DNA from: an uncultured delta proteobacterium
GTDB lineage: Bacteria > Desulfobacterota > Desulfobaccia > Desulfobaccales > 0-14-0-80-60-11
DNA length: 64,000 bases
NCBI GenBank assembly: GCA_963812015.1
Contig: CAWETI010000002.1
Coordinates: 576,001-640,000 of the forward strand
Direction of reading: 5' to 3'
Both the position numbers and the translations under genes were made by a program. Positions 53,920 through 63,116 of this stretch are shown here, in pieces (positions within the stretch are counted from its first letter, which is position 1; each line of letters begins with the position of its first letter). The notes beneath the pieces were generated by a model, which worked only from the letters and a program-made list of their open reading frames with translations, did no database searches and was not told the DNA's origin.

Positions 53920-56199
53920 CTATTTCGTCTCATCCGGATAATATGTGGAATGAGTTTTATTATTGTAGTAATAATATCCTGCGTAGCCATCAGCGGTGTT
54001 GATGCCATTTAATACTGCACCCATTATTGGGGCATTAATCTGACTGAGAAGATGGTGGGACTGGATCACGGCTCTCTTAGCGGTGCAATTATTCTTAGTT
54101 ACCAGTATAACTCCATCGACCAGGACAGATATTATTCGGGCATCGGCAAATGCCAGAATAGGGGGCGTATCGATAATAATGTGGTTAAATTGCTTTCGGA
54201 GTTGCTTGATAAAATCCTTGAAGACCTCGGAATTCAATAGATTAACGGGGTTGGGGGGGTGGGTTCCAGCGCTTATGATCGTCAGATTGGGAATAGAGGT
54301 TAAGCGCAGGACCTCTTCAAGAGTGGCGTTGCCGGTTAGATAATTGGTTAGGCCCGGCTTTAAATCAAGTTGGAAAATTTGGTGCACCCTGGGTTTCCTC
54401 GTGTCACAATCGATCAGGACCACCTGATGTCCAGTCATCGCAAAGGACAGGGCCAGATTAGAGGCGACCATGGTCTTCCCTTCTGCAGGATTGGGGCTGG
54501 AAATCATGATGGCAGATGGGGGCCTTCCTGACATAGAGAACATGATAGAAGTATGCGTGTGGCGAAGGGCTTCGGCGATCCGATGCCTGGGATGTTTATA
54601 GACAACTAAGTCTAAATCTACCACATCCATGGGGCTCTGGTTACCGCGCTGCAAGCGGGGAAAATAACGAAATATTGCCGAAGAATCGGGCTTTCCCTGA
54701 TAGCTGACCATTATTCTGTGGCTGCCGTCTATCTTGGGCAAATTCCCCAGTGAAAATAAATTACAGGCTCGTTCCAAGTCATCGGGGGATTTGATGGAGT
54801 CATCTAAATGTTCTCTCAGCAGGGCCAAGCCAACGCCTAACATCAAACCAAGAAACGCACCCATCATGAGGTCGCGCCTCGTCTTGGGCGAAATCGGTAC
54901 ATCCGGAAGTGGCGCCGAATCGATGACCGAAATGTTGGAAGGCACCATGCTGCTGGCTATGTTGGTCTCTTTGACTCTGGACAACAGCGCCAGGTAGAAT
55001 TGCTCATTAGTCTGCGAATTCCGTTTCAGCATCTGATATTCAGTAAGATTATTCTGCAACTTGGACATCTGTTCTTTTTGGGCCGAGAAACTGTCACTCA
55101 AGAGGTTTTTGGTCCGCTTGGCCGCTTCATAATCAGCCTTTACACTCTCCGTCAGGCGCTGAATCTCAGATTGCAAGCGGCTCTGCAATTCGGCCAGGTG
55201 AGCCTTTGCTGCCTGCATTTCCGGATGGCCGCTAAGAAAAACTTTCTGCATAGATGAAACTTTGGCCTGTTGGGCCACCAACTGCAGACGCAGCGAGGAA
55301 ACTAAAGCATTATTGACAATCAGCGGGGCATTGGGGCCCTTATCCTTAATCTCCTGATATTGCGCCTCCTTCGCCATTTCCTCGGCTTGAGCTTTGGTGA
55401 GCAGAGCGTTCAGATCGATGAATTTATGGACAATTACATTGTCTTTGTCCTCTGAAGTATAAATATCGGTTTGTTGGCCAAATTTATAGAGCTCCTTCTG
55501 ACCCGCGTACACTTTGGCCGCCATTTCCTGGAGTTGTTTATCCAGCCACTTTCTCACCAGGGCAAAAGACTCACCGCGCCGGTCGATGGACAGGTACATA
55601 TATTCATTGGCGATGGCATTGACCACCCTTTGCGTTAGAAACTTGTCCGGAGATTGAAATGAGACTTCCAATAGATAAGAATTGCGTATTGGGGTGACTT
55701 TTAATTTGCTTAGAAAGGAGTTCACCATGCCCTCTTCAATGTCCGTTTCGCTTATGTCATGGTTTTTCACCCTAGCGGGTTTGAAATCCGGATGCTCCTG
55801 CAGCTTCAAAGCCTGGATGACGCGAAGGGCCAGGGAGCGGCTCTGCAGGATCTTGTACTGAGTCATCTGGAACTTCTCTAAGGAATCGTAATCCAGATAT
55901 CTGGACACTGGATCCACGCTCACCTGGGAGCCGGGGTTATCTTGGGTGATCTGCAACATCGCGGAGGTACTGAATATTGGCGTCCGCGTGTAAGTATAAA
56001 ACCCAGTAAAGAAGACTATACTGAGAAAGGTGATAATAATCAACCACTTGTGCTTCAACAGAACGTAGACATAGTCCCGGGCTGTTAATCTACCATAGGT
56101 ATTAAAATTATCATAGCCTAGCGATAAAGGCGTAGATAGAGATGATTGCGGAATAGGGGATTGTCCTACTGCTACAAGAGGCTGATCATGATTTGACAT
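53920..56199 (-). CDS. wzc: Polysaccharide co-polymerase / BY-kinase
   Basis: Two TMs flanking a coiled coil; SPNPAEGKT, IDCDTRKP, IIDTPP; C-terminal Tyr cluster GYAGYYYY...YY. Confidence 0.93.
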   Translation of the reverse strand: MSNHDQPLVAVGQSPIPQSSLSTPLSLGYDNFNTYGRLTARDYVYVLLKHKWLIIITFLSIVFFTGFYTYTRTPIFSTSAMLQITQDNPGSQVSVDPVSRYLDYDSLEKFQMTQYKILQSRSLALRVIQALKLQEHPDFKPARVKNHDISETDIEEGMVNSFLSKLKVTPIRNSYLLEVSFQSPDKFLTQRVVNAIANEYMYLSIDRRGESFALVRKWLDKQLQEMAAKVYAGQKELYKFGQQTDIYTSEDKDNVIVHKFIDLNALLTKAQAEEMAKEAQYQEIKDKGPNAPLIVNNALVSSLRLQLVAQQAKVSSMQKVFLSGHPEMQAAKAHLAELQSRLQSEIQRLTESVKADYEAAKRTKNLLSDSFSAQKEQMSKLQNNLTEYQMLKRNSQTNEQFYLALLSRVKETNIASSMVPSNISVIDSAPLPDVPISPKTRRDLMMGAFLGLMLGVGLALLREHLDDSIKSPDDLERACNLFSLGNLPKIDGSHRIMVSYQGKPDSSAIFRYFPRLQRGNQSPMDVVDLDLVVYKHPRHRIAEALRHTHTSIMFSMSGRPPSAIMISSPNPAEGKTMVASNLALSFAMTGHQVVLIDCDTRKPRVHQIFQLDLKPGLTNYLTGNATLEEVLRLTSIPNLTIISAGTHPPNPVNLLNSEVFKDFIKQLRKQFNHIIIDTPPILAFADARIISVLVDGVILVTKNNCTAKRAVIQSHHLLSQINAPIMGAVLNGINTADGYAGYYYYNNKTHSTYYPDETK

Positions 56200-56473
56200 C
56201 AGTTATACCGCCTAGTTACTTTATTATTGTGTAAAAAAAATGCTATAGTGTATCCGCCCCTGGGAATGGGGATATCAAGATCCTGATTTTTACCTCGCCC
56301 ACCAGCGGCATGCCGATCTCTCCCTGCCCGTTGATCCAAAGCGTCGGTCCAGGGTTTTCTGGCCGAGGATCTCGGCTACAAGTTGGTCTCACGGCCCCAC
56401 CTGAAAGTCTTTATCGTCATCTAGGCTCAGATACGGGTGGCTTGAAAGGGTTTGCTATATCCTGACAGATTGT

Positions 56474-57523
56474 TCAAATTGCGCTTCCCGCGGAATAGCT
56501 GATTCCGCCGCCCACCAACTGTTTCACATCCAACAAGAGCCTTCTTAAGATGCTTTCTGGAACATAGACCACGTCATTCTCTTTGAGGGGGATATCCAGC
56601 TCTTTCTTTGCTAAGATGGCATACAGGTCAAAAGGAATGGTCGTCGGGTTACCTTGCTCATCGATTCGTAGGATGGACGATATCTGGGGCTTGGCCAGCC
56701 CTGCTACAGGGCTACCCGCCACGGCGACGGCCTGGGAGACCGTCAATTTACCTTTGACTGGAACGGTACCCGGCTTATTCACCGAGCCCAGCACATATGC
56801 CAGGCCGCCGATCGGCACATTGATAACATCTCCAGCCTGGATGGGCACATTAAGCCTCCCGTCCTGGGAAAGACGCCGCAGATCAAGGACGATGGTCTCG
56901 GAGTTAAGGGCAAAGGATTGAGGAACGTCAGTTCCAGGCTTTAATTTTCCGCCCTCCCGCCCGGTACGCTGGGAGCGGATGATATGCACATAATCGCCGG
57001 CTTTTTCATCCAAGCCTCCGGCCAAGGCCAGCATCTCCAGGAGCGTGCGCGGCCCGATCATCTCATAGCTGCCCGGTTTTTTTACGGCACCGGTCACTGC
57101 CACTTGCTGGTGGCGATATTCTTTGACGAAGACGCTGACCTGGGGGTTCCTTAAATAATTAGTACCGTATAATTCCTGGAGGTGGCTTTCCACCTGCTGG
57201 GGTGTCAGCCCGGCTACCTGGACGAGCCCAATAAGGGGCATGGTAATATCCCCCGAGCCATTCACTCGGACGAAGCGCTGGAGCTCCTTCTGCCCATAAA
57301 CGCCGATTTCCAGGAGATCCTCAGGGCCCACCGTGTAGTCACGCGGAGTTCTCAGGTTGGCGGCAGCCCCCTGAGCTAAAATTTGCTGGTTGAGATCATC
57401 TTTTTTGTCTTTGGTCTGAAGTTGCGCTGATGCTTTTTGCGGGGTGATGGTTCCGGAAGAACTACAGCCGGCCAACCAGAAAAGGGCCACTAAAGGCATG
57501 AGCAGATATCGACAACGATCCAT
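56474..57523 (-). CDS. wza: Polysaccharide export lipoprotein (Wza-like, SLBB domains)
   Basis: Lipobox LAGC; YTVGPEDLL, G.ITMPLIG.VQVAGLT, V.G.V.KPG repeats. Confidence 0.88.
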   Translation of the reverse strand: MDRCRYLLMPLVALFWLAGCSSSGTITPQKASAQLQTKDKKDDLNQQILAQGAAANLRTPRDYTVGPEDLLEIGVYGQKELQRFVRVNGSGDITMPLIGLVQVAGLTPQQVESHLQELYGTNYLRNPQVSVFVKEYRHQQVAVTGAVKKPGSYEMIGPRTLLEMLALAGGLDEKAGDYVHIIRSQRTGREGGKLKPGTDVPQSFALNSETIVLDLRRLSQDGRLNVPIQAGDVINVPIGGLAYVLGSVNKPGTVPVKGKLTVSQAVAVAGSPVAGLAKPQISSILRIDEQGNPTTIPFDLYAILAKKELDIPLKENDVVYVPESILRRLLLDVKQLVGGGISYSAGSAI

Positions 57524-57644
57524 GATAAATTCCCTATAATTTAAGTTTTTTTAACAGAGATTATGCGGCCGCCGTGGTTGCTTCTGTCTAAAAGAGCTAT
57601 CTGGATTATCTTATTCTGAAGCTTAAATCCGGAAACACTGGCGG

Positions 57645-57656
57645 CTGGCTACCGCC
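57645..57656 (-). promoter_or_regulatory. ops-like antitermination element
   Basis: GGCGGTAGCCAG on the minus strand (ops consensus GGCGGTAGnnTG), between the NusG paralog and wza. Confidence 0.45.
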
Positions 57657-57675
57657 ATAAAGGCCCTGAAAACGC

Positions 57676-58190
57676 TTAGTGGTATGGTTCCAAAGCCTCC
57701 TCGGTCAAATCCACCGCCACCGCCCCGCAAGTCCACTGCCACCACGAGGCGACGCTGGCCGTCTTTTTTCCGCAGGATGAAGCCTGTGGCCCCGGCCAGG
57801 GGGCCCCCGAGGATGGTCACCCGCCTCCCCTTCACCAACTGGGACCACAAGGATCAAGCGTCAGGTTGCTGGTCACCATCCTTTGGAGTGAGTATACCGT
57901 CTCCGCCGGTACCGGGGTGCACTGTCGCTTAAGTCCCAAAATGCGATCACGCCAGTATTTTTAAGAATATCGTAATAGACCGGGGTGCTGAGGTCGGCAT
58001 GGACGAAGAGATAGCCCGGGAAGAGGGGGACTTCCAGGAGGCGGACCCGGTCCTGGCGGTGACTGCGCGCGGTGATGCGGGGGAGAAAGACCTCCAGACC
58101 CTGATTTTGCAGGTGCCTCTCCACCTTAGTTTCCTGGCGGCTGTAAGTGTGGATCACAATACCAGGCAAGGTCTCCGTGGGTAACTGCAC
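57676..58190 (-). pseudogene. NusG-paralog antiterminator (UpxY/RfaH/LoaP type), frameshifted
   Basis: WY / VIHTYSRQE..V...L...G.EVFLP...PLFPGYLFV (NGN), G.RV.I.GGPLAGATG (KOW) and AVAVDLTEEALEPYH* lie in different frames; about 3 frameshifts. Confidence 0.85.
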
Positions 58191-58548
58191 TGCTCTCAAT
58201 AGGCACCTTGGACACTCGCTTCGATTTGTATTCAGCCATTTTCCAAACAAATTGCCGTCCCGTAAATTACATAAGTAGTTTACCAATTACCTCAATAATT
58301 TAATATGTTATGGCTCAAACCATAACGTTCGGCCCCGATGACCTCCCCGAAACCCCTATCGGAAAAGTCGCCCTCCCCGGTTTTGCCCCCCCAACCCTGG
58401 AGCGACTATGGCTTCACCGGCTAACCCCCTGCTCTACCGGGAGGTGATGCGCCGCTCTTTCAATAATCACCACTGATGCCCCCGGCAGGACAATGAGCCT
58501 CAGAAATCTTGGCCCAGCAGCTCAGAATGACAAGAAAGAATTGAGGAC

Positions 58549-59736
58549 TTAAGTATTCCGCAAATATTTATTGTCCGGCGGCCGCCCATAATTGAGAGAC
58601 AAATCCCCTACCCGGGCCATGGCCTCATTCTCGCCGGCAAAGCGGGCTGGGAACTCCACCGACAGCCGCCGGGAAATCTCCCCCAGGGAGCTTTGGCCGT
58701 CCATCAACTCCAGGATGAACCGGTCGATGCGGCCATCCTCTGTCAGAACCGGCACATGGGTAGAGGCCCGTTGCTTCAGGCTAGCTGGAGATACGGGGGC
58801 GCCTAAAAAAGTGGATTGCCGGAACTCGGCCTTTAGCCGCCCCGGCTGGCTCTCGTCCAGGATGCGGGTATCCCAGCGCCAGAGATAATCATCTCCCACC
58901 AGGTTGGCGGCCAGGTCTACCGATACCACATCCCCCGCTTCCAAGTTCATGGGTTCCGGCCAGGGGAAAAAATATTTGGCATAAACCCCGGGGCTTTCGC
59001 CGGGGCGGTTGGAAAAGGATACGCCCGGAGCCAGAAGGGCGTCGAACCAGAGAACGATGCCGTGGGCCGTGCCGGCCCGGTCCGTGGTCCACGCTAATTC
59101 GCACCGGGCATCGGGCTCCGCCACCGTATAAAAATTTAAGGTCCACCAGCATTGGGCCGGGGCCAACATATCCTCCGGCGTTACCCGGGCCGAGTAACTT
59201 TGATTAATGGCCAGTGGCCACGCCGCCCGCAGATCCAGCCCGTAAACATCTTCCTTCCAGGCGGAGGTATGTTTCTCATACACCTCCGGCAATGCCACCA
59301 CCGCGGCCCAGAGGGTATCCTCTTGGGGAATCAAACGCCCTCCGGGAGCCAGAAAACGCTGCCGGGCATCCACAATAGTCGGGATTATTTGTTGAAAAAA
59401 AGGCAGCGACCCGTGCAGGTCGGAAACGATGACGTCCACCGGTTCCGGCAGGGTAATCCGGGTGGAAACGTCCTGGATGAAATGAATCCGCTCCGCGTAG
59501 CCGTTGGCGGCCGCCAGGTCCCGGGCCAGATCGAGGAGATCGCTGGGGTCGATGGCATAAACCCGGGCCGCGCCGCACTGGCAGGCCAACAGGGCGAACA
59601 TTCCGATGCCGGTGCCGATGTCCAGCACCACCGCCCCGGGGCTGACGGCTGAGCGCAGCGCCTCCCGGTAACCGGCCGTCCGCTTGGCATCGAGGATCAT
59701 CTGGCCGTAGCCATCGAGGGAATAAGTATGGGTCAT
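58549..59736 (-). CDS. PRMT-like SAM-dependent methyltransferase with C-terminal PqqD/RRE-like domain
   Basis: MILD..RT..Y..AL, VLDIGTGIG, GAARVYAID, VDVIVSD, ARQRFLAPGG.LIP, HG..LWFD; tail LTEDG...FILELMDGQSSLGEISRRL..EF. Confidence 0.75.
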   Translation of the reverse strand: MTHTYSLDGYGQMILDAKRTAGYREALRSAVSPGAVVLDIGTGIGMFALLACQCGAARVYAIDPSDLLDLARDLAAANGYAERIHFIQDVSTRITLPEPVDVIVSDLHGSLPFFQQIIPTIVDARQRFLAPGGRLIPQEDTLWAAVVALPEVYEKHTSAWKEDVYGLDLRAAWPLAINQSYSARVTPEDMLAPAQCWWTLNFYTVAEPDARCELAWTTDRAGTAHGIVLWFDALLAPGVSFSNRPGESPGVYAKYFFPWPEPMNLEAGDVVSVDLAANLVGDDYLWRWDTRILDESQPGRLKAEFRQSTFLGAPVSPASLKQRASTHVPVLTEDGRIDRFILELMDGQSSLGEISRRLSVEFPARFAGENEAMARVGDLSLNYGRPPDNKYLRNT

Positions 59737-60773
59737 ATTGACAGGCTTGATTTTTCCGCCCGATAGTCGCCGCCGGCTTGGAGATGGGAAAAATCCTCCA
59801 GGATGCTCTCGCAGAGTTGGTTCAGGTAGGCGGGTCCGGCCCGGGGAATCAGGCGGCGCACCGGCACCCGCTCCAGCAGGCGGCCCAGGACCTCGAACTC
59901 ACGGGCCCGCAGCTCCTTATCCAAAAACTTCGACCCATAGGTGTTGGCTATCAGCAGCAGCAGCCTTTCCTTCCCCGGGACCTCTTCCACCCGGGGACCG
60001 GCATCCTCCTGCCGCGCCCCCAGGATATAAATGGCCCCTAAGGGGAGAGGCCTAGACTGAAAGCAGTAGCCGGGGGCGGTAAGGTTGAGCCACCGCTTGT
60101 CCCATTCGGGATCCAAGGTATTATCCGAGATGACCGGAGGCAGGGCGGTGGGGGAGCCATAGAGATACACCACCGATTGGGGCCAGAGACAGACATTGGG
60201 GTCCCCCGGGAGCACCCAAAAGGTATCATCCTCCTCCTTAAGAACCGTGAGGTCATCGGTGAGCACCGGGTAGCCCAGGCGGGCAAAGGCCGCGGCGGTG
60301 GTGGATTTGCCGGCGCCCGGAAACCCCAGCACCGTTAGGGCGTGTCCTCCCGCGGCCACGGCGCTGCCGTGCAGACAGGGCGTCCCCCGCCAACGCAGGA
60401 GAATCCCCAGGACCGGGCCCAACAGGTAGGTGGAGAGATATTCCTGGGTCGCGCCTTCGGGCCCCGAGACCCAAAGACGCGACCCCGCAGAGTCCATGAC
60501 GAACTGGCAGCCGTCGCTGTATCTCAGCCGGAAGTATCGGCCTCCGGCCACCTGCCAGGCTCTATAGACGGGTTCGCCGCCCTGGTCATCCTCGAAGCCG
60601 GTTTGCCACAATTCCTGGGGCATCTCCAGGAACCGGCGCCACCATTCCGCCGTGCCCTCATGGCATATTTCCACATCTACCGCCGCTGGCTCCGCCTGGG
60701 CCACTAGACCGGGAATAGGCCGGTCGGACCTTAGCCGCAAGCCGAAGATGTTATAAAACAAAGACGCAACCAT
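59733..60773 (-). CDS. HPr kinase-like Ser/Thr kinase (lasso-cluster type)
   Basis: YNIFGLRLRSD, LHGSAV, Walker A GFPGAGKST, LTDD; 4-nt overlap with the methyltransferase. Confidence 0.85.
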   Translation of the reverse strand: MVASLFYNIFGLRLRSDRPIPGLVAQAEPAAVDVEICHEGTAEWWRRFLEMPQELWQTGFEDDQGGEPVYRAWQVAGGRYFRLRYSDGCQFVMDSAGSRLWVSGPEGATQEYLSTYLLGPVLGILLRWRGTPCLHGSAVAAGGHALTVLGFPGAGKSTTAAAFARLGYPVLTDDLTVLKEEDDTFWVLPGDPNVCLWPQSVVYLYGSPTALPPVISDNTLDPEWDKRWLNLTAPGYCFQSRPLPLGAIYILGARQEDAGPRVEEVPGKERLLLLIANTYGSKFLDKELRAREFEVLGRLLERVPVRRLIPRAGPAYLNQLCESILEDFSHLQAGGDYRAEKSSLSI

Positions 60774-60802
60774 GAAAAGCGATGATTCGGCCCTTTGTAA
60801 TG

Positions 60803-60949
60803 CTAAGCTGCAGTTTTATTACGACCAGTCCAACCGCCAGTGTCAGTATTACCATTTCTACCTGTAGCCATGGTAATCTGCTTGACATTGCCGTAATCCA
60901 TCACCTGGGGGGGGTGATAAGCCAGCCGTTCTTTTTTCGTGGATTTCAT
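60803..60949 (-). CDS. Lasso peptide precursor, 48 aa (not in ORF track)
   Basis: MKSTKKERLAYHPPQVMDYGNVKQITM-ATGRNGNTDTGGWTGRNKTAA. RBS AGGAGG lies 6 nt upstream. Leader has YxxP, G and Thr at -2; core has Ala1 and Asp9. Confidence 0.88.
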   Translation of the reverse strand: MKSTKKERLAYHPPQVMDYGNVKQITMATGRNGNTDTGGWTGRNKTAA

Positions 60950-61157
60950 GATGGTCCTCCTGTCGTGACATGATTTTGGGGTTTAGTCCTGTGAGTTGAT
61001 ATGTTAACATTCCGCATCTGCCGTAAAATTTATGATGATTTCACGGGCCAGATGAAAAAAACCTCTTCCCGAGTTTAACCCCCCAAAGCCTCTCCTTTTT
61101 ATTACCTAATTGCCTTGAAAAAAGCAAGTCTTAATGGTGGTGGCTGTTATCCTAAGT

Positions 61158-63002
61158 TTAGGAGCGAATCACTGATTGCAGAAATTCCTCCAGACCCTTG
61201 ATGCAAGTCATATCGCGGTAGAGCCTGCCCTTAGTTGCTGCAATTTTCTGGCTTATTTGCTCCCGCCAGCTCTCGTCCAGGGCAAGACGCGCGGCCACCG
61301 CCACGTATTCTTCCAAGCTGGTGACGATGGTCTCCGTGACGCCCATCATGGTCAAAAAAGCCATACTGTGCCTTCCCCGCATAAGATTCCCGGGCAGCGT
61401 AACCACGGGCAGGTCACAGGCAAGGGCTTCTAAGGTGGTGTTGCCTCCGGACCATCCAATGCTGTCCAGGAAGATGTCGGACAGGCAATTCAGGGCGTGA
61501 TATTGCGTTGAATCCAGCCGCGGTAAAAGGGTAACATAATCTTCGGAATTTAAGCCATAATTCCCGAATGCCTGATGCAGACGCCGCTGAAATTGGTTAT
61601 TTACGAAAACCGAGTCTCCTTGAATAAAGGCGAATTGACAGTTGCCTACTGCTTTGGCGAGTTGCGGGAAGACGGCATCGTATTGCGGCAGATACTTGAA
61701 TAGGGACTGTGGGCAAAAAAATAAAATACCATTCGACTTAAGGTCGAAACTGGCCCGGCTCAGCCCAGTCTCCGGGAATTCCCGGGGGCTGTAAAATGTG
61801 GAGAGATTGGGCAATTTCACCAGTTTTTCGGTGTAATGCGCTTCAGCTCCCGGAGGCTCCATCAGCTCGCTACTCAGATAGTAGTCCATGGTAGGTAAGC
61901 CTGAGGTAACCGGGTGGCCCCAGGACACGCACTGGATAGGCGCAAGCTTTAATGAAGCCAGCCTGAGAGTCAGGTAATCCATTCCCACTTCAGGATAGAT
62001 CAATATGTGCAGCCGGTCCCCGCGGATCATCCGTGCCAGTTTTGGTAATGAAAAAACGTCTTCCACCAGGCGGACAAAACTCTGCCTCGCCTGCCCGGTT
62101 TCATTGTCCTTTCTAGTTCCTGTGTGGTAGCCGTATAGCTGAAACCGCCGTTTATCTAAATTCTCCCCCCAACCCTTTGCGAGAATCTTCCAAACGGAGT
62201 GTTCCCATAAGAAACCTGAGACAATCCCGACTCGGCAAGGTTCGACCGGATTGGAGGGCGGCATCGAAGGGGCTTGGGCCCATTTCGGGTATCTGGCTGC
62301 CTGAATGCGACAAACCAATTTACCATAGAGACTCTGAAGATCGCGGTCATTGAGTCCCTGATATGCCAAGTAAAAAGGAAAGCAACTCCCCACAGCCTGG
62401 GCCGCCTCCTTAATCTCGGCCGAACTATCTAGCCTGATGGTTTGGCACAGATGCTCCAGTTCCTTTTGATAGCATCTCCGGGTTTGCGCAATCTCGCTCG
62501 CCTGACCGTAAAGAATAGGAGTTTGAGCTATACAAAGATTGAGCCGGGCTCTCACCGAGTCAGGTTTTATAGCCAGGGCCTTTTTTAAACAGTCGAGTGC
62601 CTCTTGCTGTTCTCCTAGGTTAGAGAGAATTGCCCCCAATCTATTGTAATGCTTGGCATTATGAGGATCAAGTTCTATCGCCTTTCTATAGCAAGCGATG
62701 GATAAGCTGGCTAACTTTGGATCTTCGGTTGCCAAAAGAGCCTCCCCTAGTTTACAGTGGGCAGAAACCTTCTTCGGTTTAATTTTAATAGCTTGGCTAT
62801 AACAACGCATAGCCTCAGATAATTTTGCCAGCTCCATTAAAACATCGCCCAGACGAACAAAGGTATCATAGGTTGGTTCTATTTCAATTACTTCGCGGTA
62901 AGTTTTCTCAGCTTCTCGAAAGTTTCCGGATCGGCAGTCTTGCAGAGCTTTTTTTAATCTTTCTCTTATATCAGGTGATAGTTTCCTAATTTCGTGGGAC
63001 AT
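61158..63002 (-). CDS. TPR-containing GT41 family glycosyltransferase (OGT/SPINDLY-like)
   Basis: N-terminal TPRs; RVGIVS..L.EHSV, LAPIQCVSWGHPVTSGLPTMDYYLS, YTEKLVKLP, FKY.P, DIFLDS..WSGGNTTLEAL...LPVVT. Confidence 0.87.
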   Translation of the reverse strand: MSHEIRKLSPDIRERLKKALQDCRSGNFREAEKTYREVIEIEPTYDTFVRLGDVLMELAKLSEAMRCYSQAIKIKPKKVSAHCKLGEALLATEDPKLASLSIACYRKAIELDPHNAKHYNRLGAILSNLGEQQEALDCLKKALAIKPDSVRARLNLCIAQTPILYGQASEIAQTRRCYQKELEHLCQTIRLDSSAEIKEAAQAVGSCFPFYLAYQGLNDRDLQSLYGKLVCRIQAARYPKWAQAPSMPPSNPVEPCRVGIVSGFLWEHSVWKILAKGWGENLDKRRFQLYGYHTGTRKDNETGQARQSFVRLVEDVFSLPKLARMIRGDRLHILIYPEVGMDYLTLRLASLKLAPIQCVSWGHPVTSGLPTMDYYLSSELMEPPGAEAHYTEKLVKLPNLSTFYSPREFPETGLSRASFDLKSNGILFFCPQSLFKYLPQYDAVFPQLAKAVGNCQFAFIQGDSVFVNNQFQRRLHQAFGNYGLNSEDYVTLLPRLDSTQYHALNCLSDIFLDSIGWSGGNTTLEALACDLPVVTLPGNLMRGRHSMAFLTMMGVTETIVTSLEEYVAVAARLALDESWREQISQKIAATKGRLYRDMTCIKGLEEFLQSVIRS

Positions 63003-63116
63003 TCAGTTACCTTTTCTATTTAAATTGCATTGAATCTTTTTGCAACATGGGCTGTTAAATAAAGTGCCACCGGAGCTCAATTAGTCTTTTTATGGTCTCC
63101 AACTAGATCAGGATAA

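Noticed and set aside
58549..59736. Ribosomal protein L11 methyltransferase PrmA
   Set aside because: Shares only SAM motif I; lacks the PrmA N-terminal domain and has PRMT-like and RRE-like extensions.
60782..60973. Track ORF 60782..60973 (+), 63 aa
   Set aside because: Antisense shadow of the lasso precursor, which has the RBS, leader motifs and operon orientation.
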